Of a stretch of DNA of 64,000 nt, positions 24,726 through 35,208 are shown piece after piece. Location: positions 14,064,323-14,128,322 of the forward strand of contig NC_090416.1 of NCBI RefSeq assembly GCF_036365525.1, read 5' to 3'. The DNA is from Heterodontus francisci (taxonomy: Eukaryota). A program made the position numbers and the translations under genes. How positions within the stretch are numbered: the stretch's first letter is position 1; each line of letters starts with the position of its first letter. A model generated the notes under the pieces. That model searched no databases, was not told the DNA's origin, and worked only from the letters and a program-made list of their open reading frames with translations.

Positions 24726-26281
24726 TGTGCTGTAAATACTTCATGTTCAAAAAGGGATTGACGCAAATAAAGATGTTAGAAATTTAATGTAACGGAGTTT
24801 TTCCAACAACTTTTTTGGTTACAGGTATTTTTGTTACAAAGTTTACATAATTTGGGGGTTTCCAGAGTTGTGAGGGCATGTTCCAGTGGGTGAAGCTGCC
24901 GAGAGTTCAGTGGACCAGTGTTTTAGTACTGATGCACTGATGACCTGGGAACCAGTGGGCGTTCACTATGCTTCAGAAAGAATATAACATACCAGCCGTA
25001 CAACAATTTATATATAACACCTTTCAAGTAGCAAAAACGTCCCAAGGCACGTCACAGGATTGTTATCAGATAAGATTTGACCCTGAGACACATGAGATAT
25101 TAGGGACAGGCGACCAAAAGCTCGGTCAAAGAGGTCGGTTTTAAGGAGCGTCTTAAAGGAGGAGAGAGAGAGAGGCGGAGAGGTTTAGGGAGGGAATTCC
25201 AGAGCTTAGGGCCCCCAGGCAGCTGAAGGCACAGCCGCTAATGGTGGAGCGATGGAAATCGGGATTGTGTAAGAGGCCAGAGCTGGGGGAGGTTACAGAG
25301 AGAAGTGGGCAAGGGTGGTACGATGCGATGGAAGGATTTGAAAACAAGGCTGAGAATTTTTAAAATTTGAGATGTTGCAGGCCAGCGAGCTTAGTGGGTG
25401 ATGGGTGAACAGGACTCGGTGCGAGTTAGGATACGGGGCAGCAGAGTTTTGGTTGAGCTATAGGACAGGATGATAGTCGGGAGTAGGAGGAAGTGGGGGG
25501 AAAAAATGGGTGTGCAACATTGGGATAAGAGCTGCTCATAGTCTGCTATGAGCACCCGGTGGAAACCCACGCAGGGAGAACAACAGGCAGTACCCAGAAC
25601 CAAACCTGGGTCGCTGGCGCTGTGAGGCTGCGGTGCTGACCACTTCGCCGCCCCACAGTGTTGGAAAATGCTACCCTCTTATTGTAGCGCCCCTTTTGAT
25701 GAGCATAGTAGCTCCTGGTTGCTGCCCAGGCCCCTTTAATTCTCGGTAGCTGGCTGCGTGCCTCGTTTTTCCACCAATAACCAAGAGGTGGAACGGGGTG
25801 TGTAACCGACAGTGGCTCGGCATAGTCACTCAGCGAACGGCTGAGCCGATCCGCGTCAAGGTAGCTGATTCAGTCAAGGTGCTGCCTTTGGGACTCTTGT
25901 CTGGATTGGGAAGTAGTGGGGTTGCTGGGGGCCCGTGCAATCACCCAGGGTTCCTGCTCCTGATCGCTGTTCGGCAGCTCTTATTGAGGATAAGGCTAGG
26001 CTTGGCTGAGATTTCCCCACCCCAGTCGAATGACCTGTTAGCGCTGGCCGCCTCCCACAGTTGAATAGCCTGTGGGTGTCCACCACCCCACCCCCCCCCC
26101 CCCCCCCACCAAACGGTCGAATGGCCTATCGGTGACTTGCTGCCACTCACGAGCTATGTCCACGGATTAGCAGTTGCTGTATATGAAATTGCTCTCCTCT
26201 TCCATTGCTACGATGAGAGACTGTAGAATGAGACACATGTTGAGAAGTGCAAGGTGGAGAGCTTACACAGAACGTGATTAT

Positions 26282-26352
26282 TTACTGGTGGAGTTTTGTT
26301 GATAGTATTTTCATGAGAGCCATCATCGCTTTTCGCAAGTTAATAGCCCAGC
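26282..26352 (-). CDS. CA14: Candidate terminal coding exon of the carbonic anhydrase gene
   Basis: First strong acceptor after exon 8 (ttttcttcctgtag). Phase 1 gives GWAINLRKAMMALMKILSTKLHQ* and a 315-aa protein. An alternative path 26151-26220 + about 24907-24970 exists. Confidence 0.4.
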
Positions 26353-26387
26353 CTACAGGAAGAAAATAGAATCATCACGTGCCGTAA

Positions 26388-26812
26388 AGACTTGCATTTC
26401 TGTAGCGCCTTTTCACAACCTCGGCGCGTCCCACAGCGCTTTCTTTACAGCCAATTTTAAATACCTTTTAAAGTATGATCACTGTTACAATATAGAGAAC
26501 TGTGAAAGCCCGATCCCATAAACAGCAATTCGACAATGACCTCATAACTAATTTTTGGTCATGTTTGTTGAGGGATAAATATTGACCCAGGAAAAACTCC
26601 CTCCTCTTTTCAATCCTGACAGTGGAATCTTTAACGTCCACCTAAGAGACCGCCTCAAATGAAAAGCTGCACCTCCAACCGTGCAGCACGCCCTCAGTAC
26701 TGCACTAGGAGTGTGGGCCTGGATTCAGTGGTCAAGTCTCCGGAGTGGGGCTTGAACCCACAATCGTCATGCCTGTGAGGCAAGAGCGCTACCCACTGAG
26801 CCATGACTGACA
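26388..26812 (-). mobile_element. Deu-domain SINE, near full length
   Basis: From tail gacttgcatttc to tRNA head ...cccactgagccatgactgaca. Confidence 0.65.
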
Positions 26813-26839
26813 CAGTAAAACCTCATCAAGGGGACTCAC

Positions 26840-26966
26840 CCATCGAGAAGGAGGCTTTTACCCGCCTGTTGTTGAGGGGCTGCGTTTCTCGGAAGTTGTT
26901 GATCAGTGGTCGTGTTTGAGCTGTGTCAGCGGATGTGCTAAACAGCCCCGTCTTCAAGGCCGTAAA
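26840..26966 (-). CDS. CA14: Carbonic anhydrase exon 8
   Basis: cttgcag|FTALKTGLFSTSADTAQTRPLINNFRETQPLNNRRVKASFSM|gtgagt; NFRxxQPLNxR motif. Confidence 0.9.
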
Positions 26967-27473
26967 CTGCAAGAAGAAAAGAGAAGATTAGTGCTCGGAG
27001 AAAGAAGAAAAGACTTGCGTTTCTGTAGCGCCTTTCACAACCTCAGCATGTCCCAGAGTGATATACAGCCAGTGATATCTGAGTCTGCCACATGGACTCA
27101 GCAGTTCAAGAAGGCAGCTCACCACCATCTTCTCAAGGGGCAATTAGGGACGGGCAATAAATGCTGGCCTGGCCAGTGACGCCCGCATCCTGTGAAAGAA
27201 TTTTTTTTTTTAAAAAGCGAATGACTGGGAGGAGCTCATTTCTTCTCCCATCACTCGGCCTTTGAGTGTCGAGGCCCATTGCAGCAACACATCTCCAGCT
27301 CCTTAAGCATAGCTCACGGGTGAGGCCTGATGTGTAAGGCCGCGTACTACACCAGCCAGTGCACCTGGCCATTGAGCCACTAGTGGGAGCTTCCAAAGGC
27401 TCTCGAATGACTGCAAACATTTAGAGTTCGGGGACTTAGCCATTCAGAGATGCTCCCGTTAGCCCACACGTAC

Positions 27474-27631
27474 CTGGGAAAGGGAGAGCTGCACTCGCTG
27501 GTGAAAAACAATCCATAGAACACTCCGGAAGCAGGGCGGGGTGGTCAGTGAGCCGTTGTAGGTGAAGTATTTGTCCAGCTGCTTGGGAAGCAACGACTGG
27601 ACGTCGAAAGAGGGAATCGCGACCTCTTGAC
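27474..27631 (-). CDS. CA14: Carbonic anhydrase exon 7
   Basis: GQEVAIPSFDVQSLLPKQLDKYFTYNGSLTTPPCFRSVLWIVFHQRVQLSLSQ|gtacgt; GSLTTPPC motif; 158 nt. Confidence 0.93.
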
Positions 27632-28294
27632 CTGGACGTTGAACGACAGAATGTACAATTCAAGCCAAATTGCCAACATGTCACTGATTTATCTACTGTC
27701 AGCCGTGGCACAGTGCGTAGCACTCTCAAGTTGGAGACGGAAGGTTTTAGCCCGTAATTCATTCTCCCCGGTGTCCTGGGGCCAATATTTATCCCTCAGC
27801 CAAGATCACTAAAAACAGATGGTTATTTCTGCTGTTTGTGGGAGCTTACTGTGCGCAAATTGGCTGCCATGTTTCCTACATGACAGCACTTCAATAAGTA
27901 TTTTACTGGCTGCAAAGCCAAGAGAGAACTAAGGTGGCCGCGAGATTTTTCTGCATCCACCAGAGCGGGCAGGCGGGGCCTCAGTTTAGCATCTCATCCA
28001 AAAGGTAGCACCTCCAACAGTGTAGCACTCCCACACTACCGTCACTGGTGCGTCAGCCTAGATTTTGTATTCAGGTCTCTGGAGTGGGATTTGAACTCAC
28101 AACCTTTTGACCCCAGACCTACTGAGCCACAGCTGAGGCAATTGAATGAAGTGGCATCAGAATTAGCTCGGCGAAAGGGAAAGGACGATGGAAGCAACAC
28201 AAAGTTTAATAATCGACTATGGGATTTACTTTGAGCACCTCTCAGAGAGGGTCTGGTTAACTACGTTAATCATGATTTCTCCCAGAGTTCTTAC

Positions 28295-28361
28295 CTGCAA
28301 ACGCTACAGATTCCAGGCGACTCAGAATATTTTCGTAAGCTGGATTTTTAAAATGCCCGAC
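28295..28361 (-). CDS. CA14: Carbonic anhydrase exon 6
   Basis: VGHFKNPAYENILSRLESVAFA|gtaaga; 67 nt. Confidence 0.9.
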
Positions 28362-28587
28362 CTTTATTAAATTAAAAAAAAGATATCAGTTTTATAAACA
28401 TCATGATTTTTTTTTTGATGCACTTTTTTTTTAATGGCTATGTGTACCGATGTCATCAGTCCCGTCCAGAACGGAAAAATTCTCCCGTCAGTCATGCCTG
28501 GAGACTGCTGCGAGTGACTGCAATTGATATTACTGACTTAATTTGTATTTAGTAACTATCCCACACTCACTGCTGAATAAATAAGCC

Positions 28588-28790
28588 TGAGTAAATAGAC
28601 TCTGCTGTAAACTCGTCTCTGTCTGCTCAGTAAATAGACACTTTGCTGTCAAATAGACTCTGTTTGCTGCTTGCTCAGTAAATAGACTCTTCCATAAAAT
28701 AGACTCTGTTTGCTGTTTGCTCAGTAAATAGACTCTTCCATAAAATAGACTCTGCTGTTTGCTCAGTAAATAGACTGTGCTATAAAATAA
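28588..28790. repeat. Degenerate ~45-bp minisatellite built on an aaatagact core
   Basis: gctcagtaaatagactc...aaatagactctgtttgctg repeated about 4-5 times in CA14 intron 5. Confidence 0.75.
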
Positions 28791-29041
28791 ACCCTGTTAT
28801 AAGTCTCGCCCCACATCCAACACATCGATTGCCAGAATGGTGTCAATACTCACTCCACATACAAGATGGTGTTGGATCTGGGAGAGCCATCTACTGGCCA
28901 GAGGTTGGAGCTACATTGTTACACACACCTGTTTACATGCAGGATTTCCATTCTATGTTTTTACATAAGCAGAGCAGTGCTCAATGTTGATGTGTGCAAA
29001 TGAGCAAAAATCCTGACAACAGGAGTCAGATTGAGACTCAC

Positions 29042-29137
29042 CTCCATCAGAATTGCCAGGACCACCAGTCCATCTGCTTTGCTCATGGCCTCCGACACAC
29101 TCCGGTATTTCTCTGAATTGTAGTGGACGACATGCAA
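29042..29137 (-). CDS. CA14: Carbonic anhydrase exon 5
   Basis: [32 protein letters not shown]|gtgagt; carries the third Zn-ligand His; 96 nt. Confidence 0.93.
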
Positions 29138-30601
29138 CTGGAAAACATCAAACCGACCGTTAACTCGCGCGGTCTTCTGTCGCTGCGGCTTGCATCAGTG
29201 GCTGGGTCGACCCAGCATTGGTTGCAGTTGCTCTTTTTTGGGGTTTTGCGGCACCCACAAATAAAATAAACCCTGTTATAAGTCTCGCACCCAGCCTGGC
29301 ACCTGGGTACCTGAATATCCGACTTAGGAGGGCATCACAACCAAGTCTGATCCCGTCGGCTGCGAAGTGAGGGGGCACTTAGCAACCAGGGCGAGTTCTA
29401 CCCCTCCCTAACACGGAGTCTTCAAGGTTAATCGTGGCACCCTGTCTAAGACCAGTTAGCTCAACGCAGACATCAAATCTGGGTGGGTAGGGGGAAATGC
29501 TTGTTGATTTAGATGGCTTAGTAGGGTACATTCGGTGTGCCTGGGTGTCCAGCTGAGAACCAACAGCTTGCATTTATGTAGCACAAGTTAACATAGTAAA
29601 ACGAACACAGGATCGTTACCTTGGGCGGTGTTCCTCCTGGCTGGAGAGTCTAGAAGTAGGGGATCACAGACTCAGGATAAAGGGCTCGGCCATTTGGGAC
29701 TGAGATGAGGAGAGACTTCTTCACTCAGAGGGTTGTGAATCTTTGGAATTCTCTACCCCAGAGAGCTGTGGATGCTCAGTCGTTGAGAATATTCAAGGCA
29801 GATCGATGGATTTTTGGGCACTGAGGGAATTGAGGGATGTGGGGATCAGGTGTTGAGGTGGAAGATCATTCGTGCTCTTGTTGAATGGTGGAGCAGGCTC
29901 CAGGGGCCGAATGGCCAACACCTGCTCCTATTTCTTGTGTTCTTATTGGACCACGATTTGACACCGAGCCACATGTAGAGATATTAGGACAGGTGCTTGG
30001 TCAAAGAGGCAGGTTAAAGACAGAGAGAGAGGTAAAAAGGGTGAGAGGTGTAGGGGGGGGTGGGGGTGGGGGGGATTGCAGAGCATTAGGGTCCAGGCAG
30101 CTGAAGACAAGTGGTGGCGCGATGGGAATCGGGGGATGCACGAGGCAAGAGTTGGAGGAGCGCTGGGATCTCGGAGGGTTGTAGGGCTGGAGGAGGTTCC
30201 TGAGATAGGGAAGCGAGGCCTTGGAGGGATTTGAACTTGAAGATGAGGATTTTAAAATGGAGGTGTTGCTGGGCCCAGAGCTGTTGTAAGTCAGCGAGCA
30301 CAGCGGGGGGGGGGGGGGGGGGGTGATGGGTGAACGGAACTCGGTATGAGTTAGGATACGGGGGGGGGGTGCGGGGGTGGTGGGGGGCAGCAGAGTTTTG
30401 AACAGGCTCAAGTTTACTGGGATGGAAGATGGTAGGCTTAGCTAGGAGACTATTGTCGGAGTCTGGAATATCGCAGAGGTGTGGATGAAGGTTCCAGCAG
30501 CAGATGAGCTGAGGCAAGGATGGAGATGGGCGATATTACGGAGGTGAAAAGCAGGAAAATTAACTAAAATTGTTATTACCCCTTCTTGCCGTGGCTCCTA
30601 C

Positions 30602-30744
30602 CTCAGCATGCGCCCTCTCTCCGTCCATTAGGTGTTCTGATCCCTCAGTCTCTTCCACATTCCCCCAGTGGAAGTGCAGTTGCACGGCTGTGTATCTCTT
30701 GGGCAGGCTGCTGATATACATGGTGGAGGGTAGAGTCAGCTGCA
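30602..30744 (-). CDS. CA14: Carbonic anhydrase exon 4
   Basis: VQLTLPSTMYISSLPKRYTAVQLHFHWGNVEETEGSEHLMDGERAHAE|gtagga; QLHFHWG and GSEH motifs; 143 nt. Confidence 0.95.
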
Positions 30745-31191
30745 CTGAGAGAGGAAAGAAACAGAGGTACATCTTTATGACAATGGCGTCGGAGGTAACA
30801 GGAGTTTACACGGGTCACGCCACACTCCCTCAATTTGAGCTCATCCAAAACTCTGCTGCCCCGTATCCTAACTGGCACTGAGTCCTGGAGACCCATCCCC
30901 CCTGGTTTCTCGCTGACCTACATCGGCTCCCGGTCCCTCAACACATCCACCATAAAATTTCTCATCCTTGTGTTCAGATCCCTCCATGGCCCCCACCGCC
31001 CCACCCCATCGCTGTAACCTTCTCCAGACCCTACAACCCTCCGAGATCTCTGCGCTCCTCCAATTCCGGCCTCTTGCCCATCCTCCGATTCCCATCACTG
31101 CACCATTGGCGGCCGTTCCTTCAGAAGAAAGGAGAAAAAGGCACGCAAATTGATTTAGAAATATGACAGACTGGTGTTAATCTGTCCTTAC

Positions 31192-31371
31192 CTGTGTGGC
31201 CATTGTTGGAGAGCGTGAACGAGTTGCTGTCTGATTTAATGTATCCCTTCAATTGGACTGGTCTCAGGGAGGGATCATACCTGACATGCTCAGTCTCAAT
31301 ATTGATAGGGGACTGTGATCCTTTCCCACAGTGCAGATATTCCTCTTTCCAGTGTTTTGGACCTTGAGGGC
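31192..31371 (-). CDS. CA14: Carbonic anhydrase exon 3
   Basis: PQGPKHWKEEYLHCGKGSQSPINIE...SFTLSNNGHT|gtaagg; QSPINI and proton-shuttle His; 180 nt. Confidence 0.95.
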
Positions 31372-31697
31372 CTGGATTAAATGGGATAATTAGATTGGCA
31401 AGCTAATGGAAATTCATCGCGGGCTAATTTAAGCCCTAAGGCATCTTTCACCTATCAATGCAAGTTCTTCTTGTTGGTTGAAAGGTTTCTGGATTCCAGT
31501 CAGGGTTGCTATAGTTGGCCTGGGATGTGGAGGAGATAAACCCAGCCAAGATACTCTCTCCTCATTGCTGGCCAGTGACCGCACCCCCCCCCCTTGAATG
31601 TACGCTGAGGTGAGGACAGGATGGGGCTCGGCTGTGAGCAATGTAGAGATAGTTGTAAAGAAATCTGGTACCATCAATGTGAAAAAACTCAGTGTCA

Positions 31698-32359
31698 CAT
31701 CAAACACTCCCAGGACAGGTACAGCACGGGGGTTAGATACAGAGTAAAGCTCCCTCTATACTGTCCCCATCAAACACTCCCAGGACAGGGACAGCATGGG
31801 GGTTAGATACAGAGTAAAGCTCCCTCTATACTGTCCCCATCAAACACTCCCAGGACAGGGACAGCATGGGGGTTAGATACAGAGTAAAGCTCCCTCTACA
31901 CTGTCCCCATCAAACGCTCCCAGACAGGTACAGCACTGGGGTTAGATACAGAGTAAAGCTCCCTCTACACTGTCCGCATCAAACACTCCCAGAACAGGGA
32001 CAGCATGGGGGTTAGATACAGAGTAAAGCTCCCTCTATACTGTCCCCATCAAACACTCCCAGGACAGGGACAGCATGGGGGTTAGATACAGAGTAAAGCT
32101 CCCTCTACACTGTCCCCATCAAACGCTCCCAGACAGGTACAGCACTGGGGTTAGATACAGAGTAAAGCTCCCTCTACACTGTCCGCATCAAACACTCCCA
32201 GAACAGGGACAGCATGGGGGTTAGATACAGAGTAAAGCTCCCTCTATACTGTCCCCATCAAACACTCCCAGGACAGGGACAGCATGGGGGTTAGATACAG
32301 AGTAAAGCTCCCTCTACACTGTCCCCATCAAACACTCCCAGGACAGGTACAGCACGGGG
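31698..32359. repeat. 70-bp tandem repeat array, left part (9 units plus a partial unit)
   Basis: catcaaacactcccaggacaggtacagcacgggggttagatacagagtaaagctccctctatactgtccc; unit starts 31698, 31768, 31838, 31908, 31977, 32047, 32117, 32186, 32256, 32326. Confidence 0.95.
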
Positions 32360-33136
32360 ATTGGCTGGTCAATTTGGAGCACTTCCTGCCAGCAATCAGG
32401 GGGAGCAGCTGCACCTGTGTTGCAGCAATTGCAGAGTGGAGAGAGGATACTGGAGAGAGGTGAATACAGAGTGGAGACTGCAGCAACTGGAGAGAGAGAC
32501 TGGAGAAAGGTGAATACAGAGTGGAGACTGGAAACTGCAGCAACTGGAGAGAGAGACTGGAGAAAGGTGAATACAGAGTGGAGGGAAACCATCAAGGAAG
32601 GCTGCAATTTTTCTGGAGAGGTGGGTGTCAGGGCACCTGAAAGACTATTAAGTTTAAACTGTTTGGGGGAGGGAGAAGAGGCCTGAAGACTCAGGGGTGG
32701 GGCAGCCAAATCCAGTAAGGGCCCCTGTGTTTGTATTGGTGTTTGCACACAGGGAGCTCCCTCCCCACCCCAACTGCCTGCTCGGGACAGCTGGAGTTGC
32801 CCGGGTGAAGACTGTCTTGTTAAAATCAGAAGAGGAGAGTACCGGGCGGCTCCAGCTGTCCCGGGCGAAGAAGCCTCCCCCAACTGGAAGACAACAAACA
32901 AGTTTGGACTAATTGTGATAAAGGTGCTCCAACTGGCAGTTGAAACAAACATCCTTTTCAGCCTTTCTCTCCCTTCCTCCACTCAGTCGCCTCAATCACC
33001 TATCCTCCCCTTTTCCTTTACCATCCTACGCCATCCTCCTCTACTCCCACTCCACCTTGTTTAAAGTTTGCTTTTTTTAAAAAAAATTGTGTAAATTTGT
33101 TTTGTTTCTTGGGGGTGGACGTAGCTCTTAGACCCC

Positions 33137-35176
33137 ATGGCAAGCCCCTCTTCGCCGGTGGCGGGGCCTTCCCGTTCATATGCTGCTGCGGCTGCTGCAG
33201 CTGCACCTGTTGCCCCGTCACCGTTTGCTTTATTAACAACGAAGCATGGGGTCAAGAGCTACGTCCACCCGAACATGACTATAGAGGCATGTGTGAAAGC
33301 AATGGCCGAGGTTGTCGGCCCTTCGGCCATTGTTGCAGCCTCTAAAATGTACGGGAAGGCAGTGTTTTTCCTGAAGACCGAGCGGGCGGTGTCCCTGGCT
33401 CTGAGCAAGGGGCTCACCGTGGGCGGGACCTTTCTGCCAGTGGACCCCCTGGAGGCCACTGCGCAAAGGCTCATTTTATCCAATGTCCCACCCTTCATCC
33501 CTGGTGAGCTCCTCCTTCCCCACCTGCACCATCTGGGGGAGGTAAAGACGGGGCTCACCCCAGTCCCGCTCGGTCTTCGGGAGAACAGCCTCCGACACGT
33601 GTACTCCTTCCGCCGCCAGTTATTCATGCAGCTGGCGCGGGAGGAGGTGACAGAGAGCCACTTCAATGTAGAATTCCAGGGGACGGCCTACCGCGTCTTC
33701 TGGACCTTGGACGGGGTGCGGTGCCATGTCTGTAAGGGGGTGGGGCATGTTCGTAAGAACTGCCCCAACCTCCCGGCTGCCAACTCCAACTCAGCGGCCC
33801 AGGGTGGCGACGCTGCACCTCCTCCCACCCCCACTACACCACCACCAGATACCATTCAGTCGGTACCGGAGGCTGTGGTTTTCACGGCCTCCGGCAGGGA
33901 GGGGGGTGACCGTCCAAGTGGAAGGAAGGCGCGGAGGAGAAATAAACATCGAGAGGCACGTCCCCTGGATATCGTGACACTACCCGAGCCTGAGCTCAGC
34001 CCAAGGCCCGATCTCGGGAAGTCAACTTGCCCCAGGGCTGGGCTCAGGCCCAGGGTGAATAAAAAAAAGGAGAGTGTGGAGGTGGAGGCCTCTGATGATA
34101 TGGAGGTCTCTGAGCCTCCGCACACAACTGGGAAAAAGAGGAGAAGGCACCCCTCCACAGAAATAACACAGGGCCCTGAGGTGCAGGGCCCATCTGTTGG
34201 AGGGGAGCTGTCTCCTGTTTCGGGTCCCCAGGTTTCCCCTACCGCCACCACCAAGGCTGCAAAGTCCGGGCAGGTGCTCCCTATTCCTCAGGATGGAGGG
34301 GAGGGGATGGCCCCGGTACGTGAGGCCCCTCCTGAAGGAGTAAGTGGGGCCCTGCTTGTGGTGGGGGAGCCTGGGGAAACCGCCCATTCCGCCACTGCTA
34401 CTGGGTCGGGTGTCCTGAATGAAGGGGAGGGCGAGGCCCCAGAGGGTCGGGCCTCCCAGCCGGAGTCCACCACCAACCAGGAGACACCCGACCCAGTTAT
34501 AACTGAGAATGCTGCCCCATCTGCTGGGCCTGTGGGTGCTGGCGGAGCGGGAGATGGCCTCCTCTCGCCGCCTCCAGTCTCGGCTCCGGCTGGTTTCCCG
34601 GAGTCCGGAACTTCTGTCTCCCCTGGACCACTCATTGGCCTGGGGATGGAGGTGGAGGGGGGTCCTGAACCGCTGGTGCCTACAGGCTCCAGTTTCACAA
34701 TAGAACCCAGAGAGGACTCCTCCGCCATCGATCCTGGGGGTGGGATCGTGACGGAGGCGGGACCAGCTGGCGCGGCCGGGGCGTCCGCCCCACAGTGTGT
34801 GGTGGATGTGTCGGCCGCTGGCGGTGACGACCCGGAGGAGGATGGGGATTCGGTGCGGGGCACGGAGGATGATCTTGATTCCATCGCCAGTGAGGTGGTG
34901 GAGTCCCTCGTGCCTCCCACCGAATCTCCTCTCATCCCCACGGCGGAACTCCGGGATTTCCTCGCGGCTTGCAGAGGTTGCCGCAATAAAGTTCAGCTGG
35001 CCCTCGACCGTTGGTCGAATCTGGCGCTGATCATCCAGTCCGTCCGTGCCGCCCTTAAGATAGCGGGCAAGCGCGCGGACGTGAAACTGGTTGAGAGGCG
35101 CCGTTTTAATGTGTTCCTCAATGGGTTGCTGGGGGAGTGGAGGGCCAGGTGCACTTCCACTCCCTCCTCACAGTGA
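33137..35176 (+). CDS. Tx1-type ORF1 (gag-like nucleic-acid-binding protein, CCHC knuckle)
   Basis: 679 aa. N-terminal region with SKMYGKAVFFL and LILSNVPPFIP, knuckle CHVCKGVGHVRKNC, long low-complexity linker, helical C-terminus. Confidence 0.9.
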   Translation: MASPSSPVAGPSRSYAAAAAAAAPVAPSPFALLTTKHGVKSYVHPNMTIEACVKAMAEVVGPSAIVAASKMYGKAVFFLKTERAVSLALSKGLTVGGTFLPVDPLEATAQRLILSNVPPFIPGELLLPHLHHLGEVKTGLTPVPLGLRENSLRHVYSFRRQLFMQLAREEVTESHFNVEFQGTAYRVFWTLDGVRCHVCKGVGHVRKNCPNLPAANSNSAAQGGDAAPPPTPTTPPPDTIQSVPEAVVFTASGREGGDRPSGRKARRRNKHREARPLDIVTLPEPELSPRPDLGKSTCPRAGLRPRVNKKKESVEVEASDDMEVSEPPHTTGKKRRRHPSTEITQGPEVQGPSVGGELSPVSGPQVSPTATTKAAKSGQVLPIPQDGGEGMAPVREAPPEGVSGALLVVGEPGETAHSATATGSGVLNEGEGEAPEGRASQPESTTNQETPDPVITENAAPSAGPVGAGGAGDGLLSPPPVSAPAGFPESGTSVSPGPLIGLGMEVEGGPEPLVPTGSSFTIEPREDSSAIDPGGGIVTEAGPAGAAGASAPQCVVDVSAAGGDDPEEDGDSVRGTEDDLDSIASEVVESLVPPTESPLIPTAELRDFLAACRGCRNKVQLALDRWSNLALIIQSVRAALKIAGKRADVKLVERRRFNVFLNGLLGEWRARCTSTPSSQ

Positions 35177-35208
35177 GGTATTGGTGACGGGTTTTACGTA
35201 CCTTTGAC

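Noticed and set aside
26267-26352. 86-nt exon using the gtaagc donor at 26266, similar in size to the human CA14 TM exon
   Set aside because: It contains an in-frame stop, is not hydrophobic enough for a TM helix, and would leave only a 46-nt intron before the next acceptor.
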